A stretch of DNA of 64,000 bases. It comes from Abditibacterium sp. (GTDB taxonomy: Bacteria > Armatimonadota > Abditibacteriia > Abditibacteriales > Abditibacteriaceae). Position 1 is the first letter of the stretch; each line of letters opens with the position of its first letter. A model generated the notes under the pieces. It saw only the letters and a program-made list of their open reading frames with translations. It ran no database searches and was not told the DNA's origin. The stretch lies in assembly GCA_965246885.1 (NCBI GenBank), contig OZ251992.1:2944001-3008000 (forward strand), read 5' to 3'. Below, piece by piece: positions 54,505 to 64,000 of the stretch. The translations under genes and the position numbers were made by a program.

Positions 54505-57380
54505 AATAGCGCCAGTGTGCCCGTCTCGTCGCGCACGACTTGCGACTGAATGGGCGCGCGTTCGGTCGGCGCTTCGGGTTCATTCCACTCGCCAAGTGTG
54601 ATGATGTTCACGGCACGCCCGTCCAAAACCGGCGCCGGGTGGCAAGTCACGAACACGATTTGCAGGGATTCGAGCGCATCCGAAAGCACGGCGCTTAGCC
54701 CTTGGCGGCGCCCGGAGTCAGACTGGGTGAAGGGGTCGTCCAGCACGACGCAACCGCGTTTGGACGGTAAGCGGTTCACGACCCGTTGGGCGAGAAGCAA
54801 GCGGAGCGCGAAGGCGACCTGCTCTTTCATGCCCTCGGAGTGCTGGGCAAAGGGGAGTTCGATGGTCGCGCCGTCGTGCTGCGTGCGAACACGCAGCAGT
54901 TTAGCGCCATCATCCGAGAAAACAAGGGCCGTCTCTTTGCCGCGTAGCTTGGACAGCCAAGGGCCGAGGCGGGCGTTAAGTGGCCCGCCCAAGTCGCGGC
55001 CTAACTGGGCGCGCAGCACTTCCATCGCCGCGCACACCAAGGCCAACCCCCGCAAGCGCGCTTCGTGCTCAGTCACAAGCGGCTCTAACCTCTCGATTTG
55101 CGCGTCCAATGCGTCCCGGCGCGTTTCGGGGTCTTGCTCGCACAAATGGAACAGGTCGCGCCGCCGTTCGGCGAGCTTGGTTTCCACGAGGCTCCGCTCT
55201 TCGGCCAAGCGCACGGCCTCACGGCGCGCGGCCTCGACCTTGAACTTGTCGAGGCTGTTGCCATAGCCGCCGCGCTGCGCGTTGGCATCACTGGCGCGCA
55301 TCTCGGCTTTGATGGCGCGCTCTTGGGCCTGACGCAAACGGGTGAGGCGCTCCTCGTCATCGGTGCCGTCGGCCCGTAGAACAAGCAACCGGGCGGCGCG
55401 GTCTTCAATGGTTTGGCGCAGTTGGCCGGGCCGGTTCGAGGCGGCGTTCCAGTTGGCTTCGAGAACACGCAGTTCGTGCGCGGCCTTGTCCCACGCATTG
55501 CGGGCGCGGGTGGCGAGGCTTTGGGCGTCACTTTCCAACTCTTCGGCTTCGCTCAGCTTCTCGCGGACTTGGGGGCGGCGCAGGCCGGAAAACTTGAGCG
55601 CGCCCTCGAAGCGGCGCGCTTCGTCGCGGCGGGCGTCGAACTCGGTGTGGGCATCGGCCAGCCGCTCCCGCGCGCGGGTGAGTTGACCCGCTTTGGCTTC
55701 CTCGTCCTCCAAGCGGCGGCGCGCTTCGGACAAGATGCGCCGCGCCCGTTCCCGTTCGGCGCGCGCTTCGTCCAAGTCGTCCAAGCGCGTGGGCGTTTCG
55801 TCCAGCGCGACGTTCCAGCGCAACAGCCTCGCCCCCAAGTCGGCGCGCTTTTCCTCCAATTCGGCGCTCAACTCCTCGACGCCGCGCGCGCCGGACTTGA
55901 TGCGAAGCCTCCCGACGCCCTCGATGTCAAGGGCGCCTTGTGCGCGGGCGTTTAGAAGTTGCCGCTCGCCCTCGGCCATGCGCAAGGACTGGGCGGTGTC
56001 GTTGTCTTTGTCGGCCTTGAAACTAACGCGCAAAGTGGCGTGGGCTTCGAGGGCGATTTGCAAGCCCCGGTTGGCTTCGCGCTCCAAGGCTTCCAAGGTC
56101 TCGAAGTCACGTCGTAGGGCGCGCAGTTCGGCTTCATCGGGCGCGGGCGGGGCACCATCTAACTCCGCTTGGGCGGCTGCGACCTCTTCGCCCAAAGATT
56201 CGAGCAGCGCCACACTTGCGTTTTCGGCCTTTAAATGGCGGTCGGACTCGAAGACTTCCCACACGGCCCGCCAGCGCGCGAGGGTTTCGCGCGCGGTGCG
56301 GGCGCCGGTTTCGGCGTGGTCGCGGGCGGCGGTTCCCGCCTCGCACGCGGCGCGCGCGGCCCCGATGTCGGCGTCCAAGGTCGCCAAGGAGTCGGAGAGA
56401 GAATCGAGTTCGGCCTGCGCCGCGCCGCGCTCCGTTTCCAACTGCCCGATCTCTTTCACCCGGCGCGCGAGGTCGTCGCGCGCGGCAACGGCTTCGCGGC
56501 GCTCCAGTTCGGCATCGGCGAGTGTTTTGTCGGCCTCGTACTGTGCGTTCAAGCGGTCGCCGAGTGAGTCTTGGCGCGCGGCGGCTTCGTCACCGGCGGC
56601 TTTGAGGGCGTCGCTTTGGCCGCGCAACTCCTCCAATTCGGCGCGGATGACCTCGATCTCGCCGCTCATCGCCTCGAAGCGGGCGCGCTCGGCAACGGCA
56701 GACTTCCACTCGTCGCGCGCGCGGGCGGCGTCGGTTCCGGCTTTGGCGCCGTCGAGGGCGCGGGGCGCAAGCTCCAGCATCAGGTCGCGCTTGCGCTCGC
56801 GTTCGAGGAGTTGCCGCACCCGTTCGAGGCGGTTGGTGAGGGCCAAGTCGCCCTCGTCGCCCATGCCGAGCGTCGAGCGCATGGCCGCGCCGCCGTCGAG
56901 CACGAACTCGACGCCCTCGCCTTGGTGCGCGACCAAGAGGGCGCTTTCGGGGGTCACGCCGCGCGCCGCGCCCAAGCCGTCCGCCGCGAACAAGTCGCGC
57001 AGCTTGGCCTGCGCTTCGGTGCGCTCGAACCACTCGTCCGGTTGCCCCGGCACGCGCACGCACAAGCGGCACTCGCGCTTACCGGCGTCCTCACAGACGA
57101 CTTTGGAAACGGTCGCGGAACAGTTGGCGAACTCGATTTCGGCTTCGACGCGCGGCTTGGCGGCGGGGTCGGTCGCGGGGATGATGCACTTGATCTCGTC
57201 GGTCTTGAGGCGCCCCGCGCCGCCAGTAACGTCGCGGAACAGCGCCCAGTCGAGCGCCTCGACAAGGGACGATTTGCCCGCCTCGTTGCGCCCGACGACG
57301 ACGTTGAGGCCATCGGCGAAGCGCAAATCGAGCGCGGCATGAGCGCGCCAGTGGGAAAGGGAGAGGCGGCGGAGAATCAT
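54501..57380 (-). CDS. Rad50/SbcC/YhaN-like ABC-ATPase with long coiled coil
   Basis: Walker A GRNEAGKSS, signature HSEGMKEQ, Walker B VVLDDPF, FVTCH. Confidence 0.9.
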   Translation of the reverse strand: MILRRLSLSHWRAHAALDLRFADGLNVVVGRNEAGKSSLVEALDWALFRDVTGGAGRLKTDEIKCIIPATDPAAKPRVEAEIEFANCSATVSKVVCEDAGKRECRLCVRVPGQPDEWFERTEAQAKLRDLFAADGLGAARGVTPESALLVAHQGEGVEFVLDGGAAMRSTLGMGDEGDLALTNRLERVRQLLERERKRDLMLELAPRALDGAKAGTDAARARDEWKSAVAERARFEAMSGEIEVIRAELEELRGQSDALKAAGDEAAARQDSLGDRLNAQYEADKTLADAELERREAVAARDDLARRVKEIGQLETERGAAQAELDSLSDSLATLDADIGAARAACEAGTAARDHAETGARTARETLARWRAVWEVFESDRHLKAENASVALLESLGEEVAAAQAELDGAPPAPDEAELRALRRDFETLEALEREANRGLQIALEAHATLRVSFKADKDNDTAQSLRMAEGERQLLNARAQGALDIEGVGRLRIKSGARGVEELSAELEEKRADLGARLLRWNVALDETPTRLDDLDEARAERERARRILSEARRRLEDEEAKAGQLTRARERLADAHTEFDARRDEARRFEGALKFSGLRRPQVREKLSEAEELESDAQSLATRARNAWDKAAHELRVLEANWNAASNRPGQLRQTIEDRAARLLVLRADGTDDEERLTRLRQAQERAIKAEMRASDANAQRGGYGNSLDKFKVEAARREAVRLAEERSLVETKLAERRRDLFHLCEQDPETRRDALDAQIERLEPLVTEHEARLRGLALVCAAMEVLRAQLGRDLGGPLNARLGPWLSKLRGKETALVFSDDGAKLLRVRTQHDGATIELPFAQHSEGMKEQVAFALRLLLAQRVVNRLPSKRGCVVLDDPFTQSDSGRRQGLSAVLSDALESLQIVFVTCHPAPVLDGRAVNIITLGEWNEPEAPTERAPIQSQVVRDETGTLALF

Positions 57381-57494
57381 CGGGCGAGAGAAGTTTGACG
57401 CGGTCGGCGCGCGCCCATCCGATGCGAGCGCGTTATCGCCCTTGGTCGCCCACTGGCCACGAAACGCTGCTTCATAATCTACACTGCGCGCGTC

Positions 57495-58259
57495 ATGAGC
57501 CGCACTTTCGCTCTTTTGCCTGCCGCCGGACGCATCGCACCGCCGTTTTCTCACGAGGCGGGAACAACCGTTAAAGCGCTCATCGAAGTGGGCGGGCAAA
57601 CGTTGCTCGAACGCGCAGTGCGAGCGCTACGCGAAGGCGGCGCCGTCGCGTCCATCGTGGTCATTGGCGGCGACGAAGTGGGCGAGCACGCGGCGACGCG
57701 CCTCGCGGACAGCTTTGTTTCTGCAAGTGAGCAAGCGTCCGGCCCGGACAACATTTTTCGCGGGTTGGAGCAACTACCGTTTCAACCCGGCGACCGCGCC
57801 CTGATTGTCACGACCGACTTGCCCTTCATTTCCGCGCCCAGCGTGCGCGATTTTGTGGCGGCGTGTCCCGTTGACAAGCAAATCAGCATTTCGGTGTGCG
57901 CGCGCACGGCCTTTGAAGCGCGCTTTCCCGATTGCGGTGGGCAGTGGGTGCGCTTGCGCGATGGCGAACTCACAACGGGCGGTGTGTTCCTGCTGGACAT
58001 TCAGTCGCTCCTTAGCGGAAGGGCACACATCGAGAAGCTGTTTCAAACGCGCAAAAGTCAATGGCAGATGGCGCGGTTGCTCGGCCCGATGGTCATCGCG
58101 CGTTGGGCGACGAAGCGACTGGGAACGGTTCATATCCTCGAACGCTGCGAGGAGATTTTGGGCTGTTCGGGCGCGGCGGTTGAAAGCGCGCCCGAACTGG
58201 CGTTTGATGTGGACAACCTTGATGAGTTCCGCTACGCGCGGCGGATGCTGGACTCATGA
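57495..58259 (+). CDS. MobA-like nucleotidyltransferase domain protein
   Basis: PAAGR, KALIEVGG, TTDLPF, FDVD. Confidence 0.85.
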   Translation: MSRTFALLPAAGRIAPPFSHEAGTTVKALIEVGGQTLLERAVRALREGGAVASIVVIGGDEVGEHAATRLADSFVSASEQASGPDNIFRGLEQLPFQPGDRALIVTTDLPFISAPSVRDFVAACPVDKQISISVCARTAFEARFPDCGGQWVRLRDGELTTGGVFLLDIQSLLSGRAHIEKLFQTRKSQWQMARLLGPMVIARWATKRLGTVHILERCEEILGCSGAAVESAPELAFDVDNLDEFRYARRMLDS

Positions 58260-59587
58260 TCCCTCTCGCTCCCAACGCTTCCACCCACCCCGTATCGGCG
58301 CGCGATTATTTGGGCGTGTCACTGTTTTGGCTGGCGCTGTCGTTTTTCTGGGGGGCGCTGCTCACCATCGCCCTGCCCGCGCACGTCGCGGCGCTATTCC
58401 CCAAAAACAAGGACGCGGCGCTGTCCCTTCTCACGGCGTCGGGCGCGGCGGTGGCGGCGGTTTCGCAAATCGTCTTCGGCGCCCTGTCGGACGGCTCGCG
58501 CTCGCGGTGGGGACGGCGGCGCCCCTTTCTGCTGTGGGGCACGCTCTTGGCAATTCCACCCCTGCTTTGGTTGGGGCAAGCCCATTCGCTCGCGGCGCTT
58601 CTGGTGGCGTATGCGGCGTTGCAACTGTTTATCAACGTCGCGGGCGGGCCGTATACGGCCCTCATGCACGATGTCATCCCGCCCGAAAAGCACAACGCCG
58701 CGAGCACGTGGATTGGAGTATCGGGCTTAATCGGGCGCATCGGCGGGCCGTTCGTCGCATCAATTCTGCTGGGGCAAAAGGCGGGCAACTCGTTCGCCCT
58801 GCTCTTGGAAGTCTTCGCCGCCGTGCTTCTGGTGGTGATGCTCCTGACACTCCTGCTGGCGCACGAGGAGCCGCTCTCCGCCCTGCCAAATGCAACAACG
58901 GATTATGCCCCGCCGCCCATCGCCCTTCCCGTCGGCGAGGGAACTCCACCACCCGCCGCGCCCGCCCAGCGCATCCGCGACACATTTCGCGTTCCTCTGC
59001 GGCCTTATCCGTCGTTCGTGTGGCTGATTGTGTCGCGCTTCGGGATAATGATGGGGATTTACACGGTGTCGAACTTCCTGCTCTATTACATCCGCGATAC
59101 GCTGGGCTTCAGCGACGCGGCCTCGCTGGGGGTGCTGCGGAATTTCCTGATCCTGTCCACGCTGACCGGCATCGTCGGCACCATTCCGTCGGGGATGCTG
59201 GCGCAAAAGTATGGGCGCAAACCGGTGCTGTATGGCGCGAACCTGATTTGCATGGCGGCGGGTTTGGCGTTCGCGCTCGCGCACAACATCACGTTCGCAT
59301 ATGTGGCGGCGGGCATCTTCGGCGCGGGGTTTGGCGCGTTTTCGGCGGTAGATTGGGCCTTGGCGACGGGCCTCCTACCGCCAACGGAACCGGCGAAATA
59401 CATGGGCGTGTGGGGGCTGTCGGATACCGTTTCGCAAGTCTTGGCGCCCGTTGCGGCGGGGCCGCTCGCGTTTTTCGTCAACCACGCACTGGGCGGGGGC
59501 GCCGGATACCGCGCGCTGATGCTGCTCGCGCTCGTGTGGTTTCTGGTGGGAACCGTAGCGCTGCGCCCAATCGAAGAGAAGCACTAA
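58256..59587 (+). CDS. MFS transporter
   Basis: GALSDGSRSRWGRRRPF; about 12 TM helices; ATGA overlap with the previous gene. Confidence 0.92.
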   Translation: MIPLAPNASTHPVSARDYLGVSLFWLALSFFWGALLTIALPAHVAALFPKNKDAALSLLTASGAAVAAVSQIVFGALSDGSRSRWGRRRPFLLWGTLLAIPPLLWLGQAHSLAALLVAYAALQLFINVAGGPYTALMHDVIPPEKHNAASTWIGVSGLIGRIGGPFVASILLGQKAGNSFALLLEVFAAVLLVVMLLTLLLAHEEPLSALPNATTDYAPPPIALPVGEGTPPPAAPAQRIRDTFRVPLRPYPSFVWLIVSRFGIMMGIYTVSNFLLYYIRDTLGFSDAASLGVLRNFLILSTLTGIVGTIPSGMLAQKYGRKPVLYGANLICMAAGLAFALAHNITFAYVAAGIFGAGFGAFSAVDWALATGLLPPTEPAKYMGVWGLSDTVSQVLAPVAAGPLAFFVNHALGGGAGYRALMLLALVWFLVGTVALRPIEEKH

Positions 59588-60756
59588 CCACCCAAAACGC
59601 GGAAGTAAAGCGCGAGGGCTTCGGCGCGGGCGCTCTCGTCGCCGCTCCAGTCGTGAAGGCGCGGGGCGTCGGCGCGGCCCGCAAGCGCGGCCATATCGAG
59701 CGGGGCGCCGAGCAGGTCGAGGACGGCGGTTTCGAGTGGCTCCAATTTGAGCGGCTCGAAGTCGGACTTAGTGGGCAAGACACGCAGACGGCTCACGTCC
59801 ACATCGGCGCCCAACCAACCCTCGCGCAAGGTGGCGGCGAACTCTCCGGCGGCTTTTTGCAGGGCGGGCGTGACGGCGCCTTCCAAGCGCAGCTTGAGGA
59901 TGCACGTGTCGGGGTCGGGGATGGCGGCAAGTTCGGCGCGCGCGCGGTCGAGGTCGTCGCCGCTTTGCAAGCGGATGGTGCCCGCGTCGTGAAGCGCGAT
60001 TTTGCCGACTTTGTGCGGCGTAACGGTGGGCGCGTCGCCGGGGTTGTCGAGGCTAACAAGTAAGGCGTGTCCAGCGCGCATCGAATCGCGCGAGGTCAGT
60101 TCCGGCGTGCCCGCGTAAAAGGAGCGCGCTTTGGCCGCCGCGTGGTCGGCGGGCGTGAAGCCGTGATAATCGCCCAAAGCGAGGTAGTCCAACCCCGCGC
60201 GTCCGGCGCAGTCGCTGGAGATGCAGTTGAGTTCGCCTTCGTCTCCGCCAAAGTAGCCGCGCCAACCGCCGTGCGCGAGGCCGATGCGAAAGCGCTCGCC
60301 GCGTTGCCCGACAGGAATCCACTGCGTCGCGTCGGCGCGGGCGTACTTCTTGGTGACGGGACAAGGAAAGAGCAAGCAGTCGCTCTCGGCCTCGACGGGA
60401 GCGGCCTTAAGAGTGGGGTGAACGTGCGGCAGTTTGCGCAGTTCATCGGCAAAGCCGGGGTGGAACCACACGCTGCCTTCGGCGGCGGGGTCGTGGTTGC
60501 CGGATATGAGATAGACGGGCGCGGGCGCGTCGGCGAGCAGTTCGATGGCTTGGCGGCGGACGGACTCGGAGGGCGTGTCGGTGTCGAAAACATCGCCCGC
60601 AACAACGATAAAGGCGGCTTTTTCGCTTGCGGCGAGTTCCCAGATGCGGCGCACCGCGTCGAAGCGCCACTGCGCGGACTGCGTGGCGTTGCGCCCGATG
60701 CGCCAAAAGGTGTGGCCCAAGTGCCAATCGGCGGTGTGAACGAAAGAAAGCGGCAT
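59584..60756 (-). CDS. Mre11/SbcD/YhaO-like metallophosphoesterase nuclease
   Basis: HTADWHLG, AGDVFD, GNHD, AHG, DYLALGDYH, YAGTPE. Confidence 0.92.
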   Translation of the reverse strand: MPLSFVHTADWHLGHTFWRIGRNATQSAQWRFDAVRRIWELAASEKAAFIVVAGDVFDTDTPSESVRRQAIELLADAPAPVYLISGNHDPAAEGSVWFHPGFADELRKLPHVHPTLKAAPVEAESDCLLFPCPVTKKYARADATQWIPVGQRGERFRIGLAHGGWRGYFGGDEGELNCISSDCAGRAGLDYLALGDYHGFTPADHAAAKARSFYAGTPELTSRDSMRAGHALLVSLDNPGDAPTVTPHKVGKIALHDAGTIRLQSGDDLDRARAELAAIPDPDTCILKLRLEGAVTPALQKAAGEFAATLREGWLGADVDVSRLRVLPTKSDFEPLKLEPLETAVLDLLGAPLDMAALAGRADAPRLHDWSGDESARAEALALYFRVLGG

Positions 60757-60789
60757 TGCGGAGTGCGAAGAGTAGCTCTCAGTGTGCCC

Positions 60790-61230
60790 TCAAAGCTCGG
60801 CAATGCGCGCGATTTCGCCGATAAAGGCGCTCCAGATGGCGTCCGGCGCCCAGATTTTTTCCAAGTCGCCCCGCGCGGCGGCGGGGTCTTCGCCATTGAG
60901 GACGCGGAACAGGAACACGAAGACGCTCACGCGCCTGTTCTTGGCGCAGTGCACGAGGACGCGCCGCCCCTTACAAGAGCGCAAGACGGCCTCGAACAGC
61001 GCGAAGTCGTCCAACTTGGGCGCCGTCCACACGACCGGTAGCGCGACGTATTGCATCCCGGCATCGAGCACAGCGCGCGCTTCTTCCACGTCATAAGCCG
61101 TCGAGCGCGGCTCCGATAAGTTGATGACGACTTCGATGCCGTTTAGCGCAAGGAGGGCGAAGTCGCCGTGCGCAGGTTGCCCACTCGTCCACAGTTCGGG
61201 CGAGATAGCGAGGAAATGGGGGATTTGCAT
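60790..61230 (-). CDS. Protein-tyrosine-phosphatase-like (DUF442-type) protein
   Basis: TSGQP, VINL, VLVHCAKNRR. Confidence 0.8.
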   Translation of the reverse strand: MQIPHFLAISPELWTSGQPAHGDFALLALNGIEVVINLSEPRSTAYDVEEARAVLDAGMQYVALPVVWTAPKLDDFALFEAVLRSCKGRRVLVHCAKNRRVSVFVFLFRVLNGEDPAAARGDLEKIWAPDAIWSAFIGEIARIAEL

Positions 61231-61232
61231 GG

Positions 61233-63179
61233 CTATTTCTTCAATCCAGCCAGTTTGAGCACCCCCGACACGAACGAAGCCATCGCCCAGCCGTGTGGCG
61301 CGGCCCAATACGTTTGCCCGTCGGGGCCTTGCATCAGTTCGGGCAGTAGGCCCGTTGGCGTGGCGCGCTTCAAGACGACAAGGAGAAAGCCCTCGGCGCG
61401 CGTGATTAGCTCGTCTGCTTCGGCGCCCCGCCCGCGCGTGCGGAGGGCATCGGCGACGTGCAAGCAACAGCGCGCCATCCATAGCGTATTGACGCACGCG
61501 GGAACGCCGCCGACGTATTCATCGCCCTCGAAGCGGCGAATGGCCCGCCCGCCCTGCCAGTCCACTTCCAACTTCTCGGTGATGACTTGCAAGGTGCCCA
61601 GCGCCACGTCCAGTTCGGCGTCGCGGGAAAGGTCGAGCAAGCCGAACGGCTCAATGGCGCCCAAGCTGGCCGAATCAACCACCCCATCGGGCGAACCGTC
61701 CTGTTTGAAGCCGCGCACCAGAAAGCGGATGCCTCCCTGTTCGCGCGTGAAGTGGCGCAGGACGCCGGACTTGACGCGCGAAGCGGCGATGGCGAATTTC
61801 GGCTCATCGCACTCGCGTGCGGCGACCACGAGGTGCGCGTAGATGGCGGCGTTGGAATAGGTGAAGGAGCCGATGAAGGTTTCCCATGTGTCGAAAGCGT
61901 TGAGGTGAACGCCCGTGCGCTCATCCAAGCGGGAAAGGAGGTAATCGCCGGACACCCGCAGCATCCGTTTGTATTCGGGCGTCGCCTCGAAGCCGGGGAG
62001 GTCGGTTAGGCACTTGCCGAACGCCCAGCCAACAGCGCCGACTTCGTCTATTTGAAGCGTGTCGGGCGGTAGGCACCAGTTGGGCGCCACTTCGCCGTTG
62101 AGGTGGTAACGCTGGTGCCACAAGCCGCGCAAGTCTTGGTGGCGCGCGCACCACGCGAAAAACCCGCGCGCGAATTCCGGGTAGCCCGCGTCCAAGAGGC
62201 CCGACACGTACTCCCCCCCGTCGCGCGGCCAGTGATAGCCGTAGCCGCCGCAGGAAATGAACTCTGGGTCGAACTCCGGCGCCGCCACCGCCGCGCCCTC
62301 TTCGCCGTTGAGAAGCGGCAAGCACAAAAGGGAGCGCTTGTAAGCGTGGAAGAGTTCGGGAGACAAGGAGTGGGCGGGCGTGGGCGCAAGCCCCGCCAAC
62401 GTCGCCAAGCCGCGCTCCAAGTGCGCGGCGTCCACGCGCGCCCGCTCGTCGCGCATCCACTCGAAGCCGCGCGCCTTGCCCACGCCCAACACGTTGCGCG
62501 CTTCGCTCTCGCTTTCGCCGAGCGCGAAATACAGCGTCCTTTCAGCCTGCTCGCCCGGCTCCAAGTCGAGGTAAAAACCAAGCGCGAAGTTCACATCTCC
62601 TATTTCCAGTTCGTTGCTCGCCAAGACGCCGCGCTCTAAGGCATAACGGGCGTTGCTATTCCAGTTCGCGCCCGCTTTGCCCAAGTGGTGCCCTTCCAAG
62701 CCGTCGCCGCCGATGGCGAGGGCGAAGTCGCGGTGGTTCTGAATGAGGGTGCGGGTTTCGCTATCGAAGCGCACGCCGTTCCCCTCGCGGTGCCCGCCCA
62801 ATTTCCAGTCACCCAAATGGTAAATGCCGCCGTTCCAGCGTGCCTCACCCATATTGCGCACGCGCACCCGCCGGGCCAGAAGGGGGAAGTTGTCGGGCAT
62901 TACGTCCTCGAATTCCAGTTCCAACCCGCCCGCGCGGAGCGCCGTGTGCAGGACGTTGGAGTCGCCGACGTAGTGCTGCTCGCGCTCGAAGGCGCCCTCA
63001 AACGTGAAGTGCAACTGTCCATGTCCGCCGTCGCCGAAGTAAACGCACGGCAAGCAGGCGGTGATGTGCTGGAAGGCGTCCTTGTGGGGGTAGAACCACG
63101 CCATGATCTCGCCCGAATTGCCGAGAGTGACGAGGTTGTGAATGTTTCCGACGACCGAAGTTGGGAGATAAACGGGCAT
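61233..63179 (-). CDS. GH15 glucoamylase-family glycoside hydrolase
   Basis: GYGYHWPRDG, QIDE, DTWE, RRFEGDEY, GLLPEL. Confidence 0.9.
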   Translation of the reverse strand: MPVYLPTSVVGNIHNLVTLGNSGEIMAWFYPHKDAFQHITACLPCVYFGDGGHGQLHFTFEGAFEREQHYVGDSNVLHTALRAGGLELEFEDVMPDNFPLLARRVRVRNMGEARWNGGIYHLGDWKLGGHREGNGVRFDSETRTLIQNHRDFALAIGGDGLEGHHLGKAGANWNSNARYALERGVLASNELEIGDVNFALGFYLDLEPGEQAERTLYFALGESESEARNVLGVGKARGFEWMRDERARVDAAHLERGLATLAGLAPTPAHSLSPELFHAYKRSLLCLPLLNGEEGAAVAAPEFDPEFISCGGYGYHWPRDGGEYVSGLLDAGYPEFARGFFAWCARHQDLRGLWHQRYHLNGEVAPNWCLPPDTLQIDEVGAVGWAFGKCLTDLPGFEATPEYKRMLRVSGDYLLSRLDERTGVHLNAFDTWETFIGSFTYSNAAIYAHLVVAARECDEPKFAIAASRVKSGVLRHFTREQGGIRFLVRGFKQDGSPDGVVDSASLGAIEPFGLLDLSRDAELDVALGTLQVITEKLEVDWQGGRAIRRFEGDEYVGGVPACVNTLWMARCCLHVADALRTRGRGAEADELITRAEGFLLVVLKRATPTGLLPELMQGPDGQTYWAAPHGWAMASFVSGVLKLAGLKK

Positions 63180-63191
63180 GACCGGAAGATT

Positions 63192-64000
63192 TTAACGCGC
63201 CTCCGCCCCACACGCGCGAAACGCCGCCACAATGCGCGCTAAATCCGTCCGCGTCCACTCGCTCGATGCCCCGATGCGCAGCCGCGAGGTGCCGCGCGCG
63301 ACGGTAGGCGGGCGAATGGCGGGGCACCAAATCCCGCGCGCTTCTAACTCTGCCGCAAGCGCAAGCGCCCCGCGCTCCTCGCCGACAATGACCGGCACAA
63401 TCGCCGCGCCCTCCCAGCGCGCGTCAAAGCCCGCCTCGCGGAGCGCCTCCGCCAAAGCGTGGGCGTTGTCGCGGCAACGTCCGGCGCGTTCCGGCTCCCG
63501 TTGCAACACGCGGAGCGCCGCCAGAGCCGCGCCGACGGCAGGCGGGTTTAATCCGGTCGAATAAATGAATGAACCAGCCGTTGCCGTAAGATAATCCACC
63601 GCCGCGCGAGGCCCGCAGACGAATCCGCCTTGACTGCCGAAGGCTTTCGAGAGCGTGCCAACGGTTAGAATCCGGTCGGAGACGGCGCCGAAATGCTCCG
63701 CGACGCCCCGCCCCGTCACGCCGACGACTCCGGTGCCATGCGCGTCGTCCAGCACCAGAACAGCGTCGAACGCCTCGCAGAGTGCCAACACTTCCGGAAG
63801 CGGCAACAAGTCGCCGTCCATCGAAAACACGCCGTCCGCCACGACGATTCTTCGGCCCGCTTTCGCGCCCTCCAAGAGCGATTCCAACCTCGCGGGCGTC
63901 TCCCAAAACCGCACCGACGCCCCCTTCGCGCCCGCCAAACGGCAACCGTCCAACAGGGAAGCGTGATTGCGCTTGTGGCACAAGAGCAACGTATCGCGCC
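63192..64000 (-). CDS. bioF: 8-amino-7-oxononanoate synthase (5' end outside the window)
   Basis: NHASLLDG, DGVFSMDGD, DDAHGTG, GTLSKAFG, AIRPPTV. Confidence 0.9.
   Translation of the reverse strand, partial: RDTLLLCHKRNHASLLDGCRLAGAKGASVRFWETPARLESLLEGAKAGRRIVVADGVFSMDGDLLPLPEVLALCEAFDAVLVLDDAHGTGVVGVTGRGVAEHFGAVSDRILTVGTLSKAFGSQGGFVCGPRAAVDYLTATAGSFIYSTGLNPPAVGAALAALRVLQREPERAGRCRDNAHALAEALREAGFDARWEGAAIVPVIVGEERGALALAAELEARGIWCPAIRPPTVARGTSRLRIGASSEWTRTDLARIVAAFRACGAEAR

Noticed and set aside
57805..60063. 752-aa plus-strand ORF and similar long alternative ORFs (25568-26971, 29320-30702, 55693-57342)
   Set aside because: Shadow frames overlapping well-supported genes in GC-rich DNA, with no recognisable motifs

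Overview
GC-rich bacterial chromosomal window of about 60 genes. Gene content and style suggest an Armatimonadota/Abditibacteriota-like diderm organism; this is an inference, not a database result. The left end (1-5.6 kb) looks like a decaying island next to a tRNA-Asn gene: a multidomain GH16 glycanase, a LacI repressor with two matching palindromic operators, fragments of GH39 and DUF4380-like genes, and the C-terminal stub of a large serine recombinase. A Type IIG restriction-modification gene with a low-GC specificity region follows. The rest is mostly housekeeping (argC, rbfA-nrnA-truB-ribF, mqnD, elbB, rsmI, clpB, ileS, mgtE, rsmA, ispE, mobA, bioF), plus two toxin-antitoxin pairs, an ECF sigma factor and a split Mre11/Rad50-like pair. 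Signals not explained by the ORF track: (1) a 32-aa basic bS22/AURKAIP1-like gene with its own promoter, RBS and terminator; (2) five intergenic arrays with a 21-bp period, three sharing a palindromic core; (3) two inverted copies of a ~100-bp REPIN/MITE-like element plus a different 80-bp palindrome; (4) an HspR-type HAIR operator overlapping an ECF-type promoter at clpB, with the same promoter motif upstream of the ECF sigma gene; (5) widespread leaderless-type starts; (6) a HAD hydrolase fused to a zinc-less deaminase domain; (7) two secreted paralogs with a cysteine-less Ada-like domain; (8) a GxHH-type IleRS with a low-GC patch in its editing domain. No CRISPR array or rRNA was seen.
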